From Tubulanus polymorphus (lineage: Eukaryota > Animalia > Nemertea): DNA of 64,000 nt. Of the stretch, positions 1 to 11,900 are shown piece after piece. Under the pieces are notes generated by a model. It worked only from the letters and a program-made list of their open reading frames with translations, searched no databases and was not told the DNA's origin. Where the stretch lies: NCBI RefSeq assembly GCF_964204645.1, contig NC_134026.1, positions 8,083,950 to 8,147,949 on the forward strand. The letters are read 5' to 3'. The number at the start of each line of letters is the position of its first letter. Position 1 is the stretch's first letter. A program made the position numbers and the translations under genes.

Positions 1-102
1 GCGTACAGATCAAATCTGAATCTAGGTTTAAAACATTGCAGAATGAACCGATCTTACTTTTGAGTCGGAATGTGTGAGAATGAATTGTTCTACCCACAAG
101 TA

Positions 103-400
103 AGAGCGGTGTGGGCGGCGGGTAACGTTCGACTCTGGGTAGCCAGGTCATTGGTTCGAACCCCGTACATTACGGTAAGTGTCCCGGGGCAAGACACTTA
201 CCCTCGTCGCCTCTCTTGACCCAGGAGTAAATGGGTACCTGGCCTGATAGATGACTCACGAGCGCTTAGTAGCTGCTCGGATTTTACTCTTCCCAAAAGA
301 GAGATAACTGATAAATGGGGGGGGGGGGATAAAACTAATTCGATGGCAAACGTCGTTGAACATAGTGAAAAAGAGCGCTATCGAAATTAAATTACTATTT
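103..400 (+). mobile_element. tRNA-derived SINE
   Basis: tRNA-like head with B-box GGTTCGAACCC (~152-162), SINE-core-like GGGCAAGACACTTA...CCCAGGAGTAAATGGGTACC, and an AT-rich tail near 380-400. Boundaries approximate. Confidence 0.6.
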
Positions 401-602
401 TCTAGTTTTAGATTACTAATTTATTATCACAAGTTTGGAACTGTTTTTAGTACTGTGGAACTCGATTCACTAGTGTGGAACTGGGTCCAGAACTGTGAAC
501 TGGATGCAGAACTGTGGGAAAGTGCTTTATTCTATCATAGTCTGATCAATCATTGAGATAACAATAAAATGTTTTTTTTTACTACGACTCGGGGTCACTT
601 AC

Positions 603-894
603 CTAACAAATCTGCTACCGCTAAATTCACCAGAAAAACATTCGTGACGTTTCTCATATTCTTCTTAGGAAGAACAACAATTAAAATGGTAAAATTCCCA
701 AAAAACGCCATCACAAACAGCGGAATATAAACTGATATTAATACGATATTAGTCGGTTTAGTGTAGATGTACAAACGATCCCGAAATCCTTCCAGTAATA
801 AATTGATTTGTAGTTGTTGATTTTGAGTTGTATTCAATGTTGAATTCATAGTAATTCCTGCAGTGTTTAATAAGTTGTACAAAGATAATTCCAT
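603..894 (-). CDS. First coding exon of a class A (rhodopsin-like) neuropeptide GPCR, orexin/allatotropin/QRFP/SIFamide-type; gene continues left of the window
   Basis: N-glycosylation sequons (NST, NTT), TM1 ending FFGNFTILIVV, loop MRNVTNVFLVNLAVADLL (TM2), followed directly by a GTAAGT donor at 602-597. Confidence 0.8.
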
Positions 895-1002
895 GATTTC
901 CGACGGTAGAGGGGAGAGAGAGAGTTCACTGGTATCACTGATCTCACCTCGCTACTGAATGACTAGCAGCTAACCGTATCGCGTCACTTTCACTCGCTTT
1001 CA

Positions 1003-1310
1003 GTGGACCACTTACATGCTGCCAGTGGACCAACCCTCTACCACTCACCACTCGTTTTGGTGGACCACTCACTAGCTGCCAGTGGACCAACCCTCTACCA
1101 CTCAGCACTCGTTGTGGAGGACCACTCACTCGCTGCCAGTGGATCCCCTTACCACTCACCACTCGTTGTGGTGGAACACTCACTTGCTGCCAGTGGGCCA
1201 ACCCCTAGACCACTCACCGCTCGTTGTGGTGGACCACTCACTCGCTGCCATGCTGCCAATCAACTAACCCTCTACCGCTCACCACTCGTTTTGGTGGACC
1301 ACTCACTTCA
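1003..1310. repeat. Degenerate ~60-bp minisatellite
   Basis: About 5 copies of GCTGCCAGTGGACCAACCCTCTACCACTCACCACTCGTTxTGGTGGACCACTCAC. Confidence 0.85.
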
Positions 1311-2790
1311 GGACTCAGTTAATCAATGGATCAGAATTCGAGAAAACTCAGCTTATATTAGGATGCAGTTTCACAGTTCTGGATCCAAGTCCATTGTTCA
1401 AGATGCTGCAACTGGAGCCAGAATTATGGAACTGGATCAAAAACTGTGAAAATGGGTTCTGAACTGTTGAACTCGATCCAGAACTGTGGAACTAGGTAGA
1501 GCACTGTGGAACATGTGGACGTACACGTTTTACTCTGCTGAGATCCTCCGTGAACGATTATTTATTGGTTGCAATAAATCTGTTTATTTTTCTGTTGCAA
1601 GTGAAAATGTTTTCCACAAATGGAAACCGACATCAATCGAACTCGTGTTTGCTGAGATAAATAGCTTTCATTGAAACCACGTGGTGCGTTTAATGCTTTA
1701 ATCTCAGTTACAATTAGCTTCGTGAAAATATCCACTGCCTCCCTTCAGTGTGCGCCGTGTGCGCTGTGTGTGCAGGATTATTGAAATGTGACGATAAAGA
1801 AAGCAAGAAAGAGAGCGATAGATTTTAACTTTCAATAAGAACACAGACATGTACGCCGTGCTGTGGGTAATTAAATCATATTAATTCAGTTATAAACGCG
1901 GTATCACTGGTAACTACTACTAATTCAATTCCAGTATTCAATAAGCACAGGGGGTGCCGTGATGAGGAGGGGGCTTGGTATGGTCTATATGAAGTCGGGT
2001 CCTTCTCAACCTCTTAGTTATTGTGCTCAGATTTCAGCGTGTAGCGTAGTTCAACGCAGGACAACAGCAGGAGAGGATCTGAAAGGATAGAGAGTCATAT
2101 CTCAAAATATCACTCCCCTCACTTATACGAGCGTCACCTGGTCAGCGGAAGTCACACTCTACATGAAACTTGTATTTGCGGTGTTTGTCACGAGATCACA
2201 TGACCGAACTATTGATGGGTGTGGTCAACCACTGTTGGACCTTGTTCCTTCAAAGTCCATTAGTAAAACAACCACATGTCAAAATGAGTACAACTGTGGT
2301 ATTGTGTGACGTCACGAAGGATCGATAAATCATGTTTGAAGTGCTTTTTGATTTCCGAGAAATGATTTTCAAGTTGAGGTGATATTTTTGAATTTGAATT
2401 ATTTTGAAGTGAAGTAAAGCGTAATGTTTTATTGCTGAGCGGTGTTTGGTTGATTAAACACACTCCTATTGCCGCCGCTGCTGCTGCTGCTTCCGCTCAA
2501 GAGGATTCTTATTTCTGTTTCATCTCTTGCTGTTTATTGGTTTCTAAATTTTCACTGTAGCCCCAAACAGAGAGATTGTCCTCAGTTTGAATCTCTAGTT
2601 TTTATGTGGCTATTTAATTAGAGAAGCCCACGAGGAACTAGAAACAAACAGCCAATTACATTGCAATAGCTGCCTTACTGCAGGGAAAAAATGAGTTAAA
2701 ATAGTTGAATCGTCCAGGTTTACCTATTTGAATACCAGGATCCAGTTTCACAGTTGTGAGTAAGAGTTAACTCTGAGTTAAAGTTAGTTC

Positions 2791-3470
2791 TACCCAGTTG
2801 AATACCAGGGCATCCTCGTATGACCCAGTTGAATACCAGGGCATCCTCGGTATGACCCAGTTGAATACAAGGGCATCCTCGGTATGACCCAGTTGAATAC
2901 CAGGGCATCCTCGGTATGACCCAGTTGAATACCAGGGCATCCTCGGTATGACCCAGTTGAATACCAGGGCATCCTCGGTATGACCCAGTTGAATACCAGG
3001 GCATCCTCGGTATGACCCAGTTGAATACCAGGGCATCCTCGGTATGACCCAGTTGAATACCAGGGCATCCTCGTATGGCCCAGTTGAATACAAGGGCATC
3101 CTCGGTATGACCCAGTTGAATACAAGGGCATCCTCGGTATGACCCAGTTGAATACCAGGGCATCCTCGTATGGCCCAGTTGAATACCAGGGCATCCTCGG
3201 TATGACCCAGTTGAATACAAGGGCATCCTCGGTATGACCCAGTTGAGGCATCCTGGGTATGACCTAGTTGAATAATAAGGCATCCTCCGGGTATGGCCCA
3301 GTTGAATACCAGGGCAATGAGGTCAGTTGAAGGTCATCCCGGGTATGACCCAGTTGAGGTGCCCTGGGTATGACCTAGTTGAATACCGGACGTCCTGGGT
3401 ATGACCTAGTTGAATACCAGGGCAATCAGGTCAGTTGAAGGCCATCCCGGTATAACCCAGTTGAATCCCA
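2791..3470. repeat. 31-32-bp minisatellite
   Basis: Tandem CCCAGTTGAATACCAGGGCATCCTCGGTATGA units, degenerating after ~3240. Confidence 0.95.
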
Positions 3471-5663
3471 ATTGGGTACGACTAGTAGCCGGAGTTAGAC
3501 AATGACTGATTTTTATAAAGCAAGTAGGACTGGCGTACAAATTAAAGATTTAGAACCAATTGAAATTGGAATACGAGTAATATGAACTGAGGATACATCA
3601 TATGTAATTCAGGCTGTGTTTTTACAAATCTATTTCTCTTAGCAATATTTTTTTTACAGACGCAGCGTATTTTGTGCGATGATAAATTGTTAGGATAATA
3701 TTTCAAAATAATCCCCTCCACAGCATATGGGTGTCTGTGAAGAAACTTCCTGAATAAACCCGACTCGTAAATGTTGTTATCAAAATGTCATCACGGCAGT
3801 TTCATATCCGTGTCTTTCTTTTTTACGTGTACAGACGAACCCGCTTCAAATACGGTTCGGCTTAATCCGAATCTTGGTCTAATCCAGATATTTGCAGTCC
3901 ATTTGTTCATTAATAAATAAGAAAATCACTTTTAATCCTCATTTCCCGTAAACCGGATGAATTCCCTTTGGTACCAAATGATCAGAATTAAGCGGATTCT
4001 ACTGCAGTTCATTGAAAAGAGGGGATGAAACGTCCTCAGAGCATAGAAATTGCAAAAACCTTCCGTTATTAGAAAATGCAGCTTCCAATTCGAAACATTC
4101 AAATTACTCTTGAACTAATTAATCAGGCAACCTTATTATTTGTATAACGTTATTGAACTTATTTAGAAACGACTGTCATATGTATGCTATTCTATCGATG
4201 TATTAGGCTCGTTACCGGCATCCATCTTCTGGGAGAGGCAACCAGTAATATTGATGTGTATGCGCCCTAAGGTGTTTTTACCTTTTAGTTTCTTTACAGC
4301 CGTGCATGAAAACTGCAATAAAATGTTCTGCTATGCTCTATTTGAGTGATAGTGCGCACAATATCGATATAGGCGTTTAAGTAGTCGGGCTTTTGGGTAG
4401 GAGTATCGGAGTAATAGATAGTCATCTCTTAATGATAGGGCCACAATAAGAATACCCTAGTTTCTCATGAAAGACGAATAAAAGAGTGCCAAATGCACTC
4501 GCCCGCATCGTGGCAATTCGCGTTTCATTTTACTTTATTTCGAGGAAGCGAAAATCATTATCTCAGTTTCCATTAAATGTGACGATAGTTTGATTTTGTT
4601 GGTTAAAGGAGCTTCAGAATTTTCATAAAGGTTTTTGCATGTTCTACTTGCATTACTGGAATTGGTTTGGCGTCTCTTCTATGAGTCTCTGGTTGAGCTT
4701 TTTATTTCCACTTCTTTTAAACAATAGAAATAAAATTTCGCCCGCCCTCGTCACTTTTCAGAAAAAAAATCTGATGAGAAACTAGGGTAATTCTTTCTGT
4801 GGCCTCAGAAATGTTTTAGATAAAACTTTACCAAAAATGTTGTTTAGCGCTGATTTAATCTTCGGTTTTGGAGGAAGCATTTTTTCACCACTCAGTAGCC
4901 GGCTGAAAATGTGCGCTTCATCCATGCGTTGATTTACAATTCTTACCTCTCAATATCGATCGACAGTAAACCTTGCGTAAGTCGGATCGGCGATTAAGTG
5001 TCGAAATCGCTTATATCGGATAAATAATGATTGATGGTCCAGATTTCTCCGTCTCTTTTTCATGAAATATATATTCTTAAGTCGGATTTTATAAGTCGAA
5101 AAACTCACCTATCTCGAAGTACTTTTCTTGGTGCGAAAATAGATCAGCTCGCCGAAGCAATGATATTTTGATACCATTGCAGTGTGAGTTCGATTTCGTG
5201 TTCTGACCCCTATTCCTAGCTTGAAATTGTCAATACATTGTCAACGCCGCAATGGGTACATAGATGAGTCAGCAAAACATAAGCAAGAATATATAAATGC
5301 AACGAGAAAAAAATATATATTTAAATGCTAAGTAGAAATTTCGGATGATCATTTCGTGGCGAGCGCCGGCGCGCGGGTCTTCAGGTAAGGTTTTGTTCTC
5401 AGAATGAAAAATTATCAGGAAGAAAATATTTTCGCGATAAAAATCGCTTAATGAAGTAATGAATTTTATTGAAATTAAATCCATATGATTTAAACAATTC
5501 ATCGGAGGAAGAAATAGTTTTGTCCCGGGTGAATTCGCCCGAAATTCCAAAACTTTCAAAATCTATAAATTTTATTTCGTATTGTTTTGAAAAAAATCAC
5601 GGTTTACAGAAATTATAAAAACAAAAGTCAGATTTCAATTTTTAATTGTGTTATGGACATTTC

Positions 5664-5780
5664 AATGAATAATTTAGTGTATAACGCTTTACATTTGCGC
5701 TCGTCGATAATTAGTTCGACATAATTGCACTAATTATCGACGAGCGCAAATATAGTACGTAATACACCAAATTATTCATT
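5664..5780. mobile_element. Small fold-back (MITE-like) palindrome in the NAA25 5'-UTR intron
   Basis: AATGAATAATTT...ATTTGCGCTCGTCGATAATTAGT pairs with ACTAATTATCGACGAGCGCAAAT...AAATTATTCATT. Confidence 0.55.
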
Positions 5781-5960
5781 TAAACGTTTATTACTCGTCA
5801 CACCATTTAAACCTGATATTTTCCTTGTAATCCTTATATACCGTAGGTTTTTCTTAAATTTTTCGCATAAATCTAAAGGACTTTAAACGTTGATCTAAAT
5901 TTCAGGTGTATTCAGGCCGGTGCGGTTGGAATCGGTTTTAGTCCGGTGCGCAGTCGTGTA

Positions 5961-8900
5961 ATGGCGTCCGGCATGTCAGATTCCAATAGTGAACGTCGTT
6001 TGAGACAGATTTACGGTAGTTTTTATTGATTGAATAACATCATAGATAAAAGCAAATGATCTTTAAAACTAATTTTTATTTCCTCGAACTTCAATCTGTA
6101 CATTTTACGAGTAAATATAAACGGAATTCGAGTATAAACAGTGATTACTTTAGTCTGTGTTTACTGCGCCTGGTCGGTAAATATCTGAGAGTTTTCTGCG
6201 TGTATTTCAGATTATTTAGATAATAAGAATTATAAAAAAGCGGTTTCTGAATCTGAGAAAATATTGAAAAAGAATAAAGATGTTCATTGCGCGAAGGTAA
6301 GTCAAGACAATGCGATAATTTCACCTAACGATACAAGTGACTGATGACAGCATGTCCGTGTCACTCACTGATACCATGACATTTGTAACAGCAATTGTGG
6401 CATTGACATTATTGTGACATTGACAGCTCACCTCCATTGACAGTGATAGTTTGTGTGTTTTATGTTTCAGGCATTGAAAGCGTTAGGTTTGTTAAGATTG
6501 GGTAAATATGATTTGAGCGTTGAATTATTGCGCGAAGTTCATCGTTTAAACCCGACAGATGATGCTACACTACAAGCTATGACGATATGCTACGGTGAAA
6601 TGAACAAATGTAAGTTATCAGCCCAAGAAGGAGTGAAATGACAGTTTCACTTCTTTTAACTTTATTTGAGTTAAATCTGAAGTGAGAGTGTTAAATCTGT
6701 TTGGTATTTTTCGTTTTCAGTAGACTTAGTCGCTGATATGTACGAGAATGCTGTTAAATGTAAACCAGCCAATGAGGATCTGTTATCGGCTCTGTTTATG
6801 GCGTATGTTAGAATCGGAAGTTTCCAGAAACAGCAGCAAACTGCGATGACGCTTCATAAAATACGGCCGGATAAAAACCCGTATTATTTCTGGGCGTTGA
6901 TGAGTATTGTCATGCAGGTAATTTAGGATTCCTTCCAACCCCCTTCATCCCCATCAGTCTCTATAAAGCTCACATGCAGCTGAATGCCCATTCCTGTCAG
7001 TCAGTCTGAACTCCCATTCCTGCCAGTCTGAATACCCATTCCTGCCAGTCTTAATACCCGTTCCTTCCACTCTGAATACTCGTTCCTGCCACTCAGAATA
7101 CCCATTCCTGCCACTCTGAATACTCGTTCCTGCCAGTCTGAATACCCATTCCTGCCACTCAGAATACCCATTCCTGCCACTCAGAATACCCGTTCCTACC
7201 AGTCTCAATACCCGTTCCTGTCAGTCTGAATACCCATTCCCGCCACTCAGAATACCCATTCCTGCCAGTCTGAATACCCATTCCTGTCAGTCTGAATACC
7301 CATTCCCGCCAGTCTGAATACCCATTCCCGCCACTCAGAATACCCATTCCTGCCAGTCTGAATTCCCATTCCTGTCAGTCTGAATACCTGTTCCTACCAG
7401 TCTGAATACCCATTCCTGCCACTCTGAATACCAATATGCTACATTAAATCTATGGGCTGATTCCTACCACTTGTAGATTTATGTTTGTTGTATATTTCAG
7501 GCTCACGCTGCGAAGGATGAAAAGAAGAAATCGATGTTTTTAACGTTAGCCGAACGGATGGCTGATAAATTCTTTAATGGTCAAAAACCTGAAGCTGAAG
7601 CCGGTACGAGTACCATGTCTGGCCAGGGCATCTGTCTGTCTTATCTGTCCAGCTGACTGTCTGTCTGTGCATGTGTCTGAAATCGTTTCAAAACAACATG
7701 TTTTATTTTCTATTTGTAGAAGTCCAGATGTATTTAATAATATTAGAACTACAGTCAAATTACGAGAAAGTATTACAAGTAATAAACAGTGAATTAGGAG
7801 GTTAGTATAATTTACACGCATACACTACTGCGTATTACTGTGTATTACTGCGTATTACTGTGATAGTGATTGATTGAATGATATATTACAGATAGATTAG
7901 TGAGTGAATTAGATTTCAAATCAATAAAAACCGCTGAGATTTTAGAAAAGTTAAACAGATGGCAAGAATTAAACTCAGTTTATCATCAATTACTGGAACA
8001 CAGGTACTGGAATAAATTGGCTCCCTCTATCAGACGACATAGTCACTATTATCTATACTAACTGGCTCCTTCTATCTTGTGATTTTCAGTCCAGATGCAT
8101 GGAATTACTGGAGAGCGTACATCAGATCGGGCCTGCAGATGGTTCTTCAAGAGACTATCAAAGATGGGTACGTTCAATTCAGCTTTATTGAATTGTATTG
8201 ATATGTGCTACTGTTAATCAGTATTGGTGTTTTTACAGGGTGATAGATGGCGCCACAACTGCTACAGCTGATGACGCTTGTAGTGATGTAGTGTGGCAGT
8301 TTATTACTAATACAATCGATAAACACAGTTCAATACGCGGCCCGTATCTCGCTCAATTAGAGTATATTCATCAGCATAAACAGCAGCAGCATCTTACGAC
8401 TATAACAGGTCAGCCAGTCTCCGCCCCTTCATCCTGCCTGTCAATCATCTTGTGTAACCCCGCCAATCTGTCAGTCAATCATCACTGTCTCGGCTTCCTG
8501 CCTGTCAGTCAGTCATCTCGTGTAACCCCTCTTCAACCTGCCTGTCAATCACTGTCTCGGCCCCTTCAACCTGCCTGTCAATAAATCCTTACTGTCTCCC
8601 CTTCAACCTGTTGGTCGATCATCACTGTCTCCACCCCCCCCTGTAACCTGTCTGTCAATCATCTTGCGTAACTCCGCCCCTTCATGATCTATTGACTGAA
8701 TATTTACAGAAACGATGTTTTCGCTGATCGTGAAATATATCCAGAGATTTGGAACAAAATTTTGCTGCTTTGAAGATGTGAAAATTTATTTCGATGATCT
8801 GACAAAAGACGAACAAAAACAGGTTTGTAATTAAAACGAACAATGAACTGTATTTGTGATGTGATGAACTGTGTCTCTAAATGACATTGTTTTCAAAATC

Positions 8901-11900
8901 AATTGAAATTGAAAATAATTTTCTCGTTTTTTCAGGTTATTTTCTCAATGATGGAAGAAATCGGATTAAATTCCGATTTGAATGAATTGAAATATCCGAC
9001 CGATGTAAGTTTTATATGCAATATTTTTTATTAGAAATTTTTTTATTCATATCTGATATTAAGGCTTTATATTATTATTTTAGGTGAAACAAATGCAGTT
9101 ACATTTAACAATTTTACAATTAGAGCGATACATCGATTTACATCAAACTCTGAATGTTACGGAGAAAGTTTCATTAGTTCAACAATTTTCACTCAGATTC
9201 CAAGATGCTATTAGATTCGGTAAGTGGGTCAGGTATTTAAGAATCACTGGGATTCCAAGATTCTATTAAATTCGATAAGTTATTTAGTCAGGTATTTAGG
9301 AATCTCTCAGATTCACCGTGTGAATGAGACATTTATTGCAATTTTTTTGCAGGTAAAGATTTATTGCCCACTGATTATCAGCCCGGCGATTTATATCTGA
9401 TACTAGCAGCGTTATTATTGTACGATTTATGGATTAAAACTGGTAAATATCAATCAATCAATCAATCAATCAATCATCTCTGTTCGTAACACTATGAATC
9501 ATGAGTCATTTTGAATCTGGACTTAATTATTCTATCTGTAGATGATGTGATGTATATTTGGAAGAATATAATTCTACTGGAATCTGGATTAAAGTCGAGT
9601 CCCTCCAATTTCCGTGTGAAAATAATCCTAATAAGATTATATTGTATAATTGGTGAGTGTTGGGTACCTCTCGATGTGATAATTCATACATTCACTGCTA
9701 TTGTTTGGTTGAATTTATATTTTCAGGTGCCTTCAGTCCAGCGTATTCGTTGTTTGAGAGTCTAGAAATTAAACACATACAATACGATACACTTGGGTAA
9801 GAAATATGATACACTTAGGGTAAGAAATATGATGCACTTAGGGTAAGAAGTACGATACACTTAGGGTTAGAAATGCGATACACTTAGGGTAAGAAATACG
9901 ATACACTTATGGTCAGAAATATGATACACTTAGGGTAAGAAATATGATGCACTTAGGGTAAGAAGTACGATACACTTAGGGTAAGAAGTACGATACACTT
10001 AGGGTTGGAAATGCGATACACTTAGGGTAAGAAATACGATACACTTAGGGTCAGAAATACGATACACTTAGGGTCAGAAATACGATACACTTAGGGTCAG
10101 AAATACGATACACTTAGGGTCAGAAATACGATACACTTAGGGTAAGAAATACGATACACTTAGGATAAGAAATACGATACACTTAGGGTAAGAAATACGA
10201 TACACTTAGGGTAAGAAATACGATACATATACGATATTGATTTTCGATTACCCCCCCTAGACTAGTTATGTTTATATTTGTGATTTGGGTGTATTGTAGG
10301 TATTTAGTTCATAGTCACGCTGCCAGACTCGGACATTTGGCCTGTGCTTCATTTATCAATAACATGGGACTAAAATTCTTCTCCAGTAATTATAAAGATG
10401 TAAGTAATTTAACTGCAGCACCCCTAGCTGTATTCTACAGTATCTACAGTAGCGCCCTCTTGCTGTAGTTAGTATTGACCGTTATAATGCTGTGTATATC
10501 TATTTTAGACGTCAGATTATTTGATTTCCTCATATAAATACGGATCATTCTCAAAGGTATTCATTTTTATATCGATTTGATACAACATTTACATCTTATA
10601 TCAGAAATATCAGAAATTTGGTTTCTATCAGAATTAATGATGTTTATGATTTTATAGATCAACGAATTCGTAAAGTTTCAACAAAGGCTTCAAAAATCAG
10701 TACAGTTCGCCAGTTATACCGCTGAAGAATTGATGATTGAACTGTTAACTGAGTAAGTACCACACTAGTATACCTCTGGTGTTTTTATTGCTAAAATATC
10801 TCTGATGTATTGGCAGTAGTGCGTATATTACATATATTGTGTATTGTATATATTCCAGTACTAATGAGACCGATCAACACACGAATGAATCGTTGTTAGA
10901 CGTCGATCCCGAAAACGGTAAAAATTCATATGATTTTCAGTAGAATTTCATCGTGTTTCTGACTACGTATATATGATAATGCATGAATGAATGAATTGTT
11001 CATAGATGAAACTAATTGGGAAGAGTTGATCGATAATCGAGATTTTCAAGTGTTGAATACATGTGATAATATAAACAGGTATGACTACTCCGACTGTCCC
11101 GGAACTCGCTTACTGCCTTCCCTGAGAATATTTACCCGCAGTTCATTGTATGCTGATACTGTATAAACCATTGTTACTATTTCAGGTCATTGACTCCTGA
11201 ATTACAGCTAGATTCATTCAATGAAGAGGTGCGTTTGTTTGTTTCTCTGTCTGTCTCGTTCTCTCATGTTTGTCTATTAGTATATCTGTCTGTTTGTTTC
11301 TCTGTCTGTCTCGTTCTCTTATGTTTGTCTATTAGTATATCTGTCTGTTTGTTTCTCTGTCTGTCTCGTTCTCTTATGTTTGTCTATTAGTATATCTGTC
11401 TGTTTGTTTCTCTGTCTGTCTCGTTCTCTCATGTTTGTCTATTAGTATATCTGTCTGTTTGTTTCTCTGTCTGTCTCGTTCTCTCATGTTTGTCTATTAG
11501 TATATCTGTCTGTTTGTTTCTCTGTCTGTCTCGTTCTCTTATGTTTGTCTATTAGTATATCTGTCTGTTTGTTTCTCTGTCTGTCTCGTTCTCTTATGTT
11601 TGTCTATTAGTATATCTGTCTGTTTGTTTCTCTGTCTGTCTCGTTCTCTCATGTTTGTCTATTAGTATATCTGTCTGTTTGTTTCTCTGTCTGTCTCGTT
11701 CTCTCATGTTTGTCTATTAGTATATCTGTCTGTTTGTTTCTCTGTCTGTCTCGTTCTCTTATGTTTGTCTATTAGTATATCTGTCTGTTTGTTTCTCTGT
11801 CTGTCTCGTTCTCTCATGTTTGTCTATTAGTATATCTGTCTGTTTGTTTCTCTGTCTGTCTCGTTCTCTTATGTTTGTCTATTAGTATATCTGTCTGTTT

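Noticed and set aside
2720-3283. Three overlapping minus-strand ORFs
   Set aside because: Translations of the 32-bp minisatellite in different frames.
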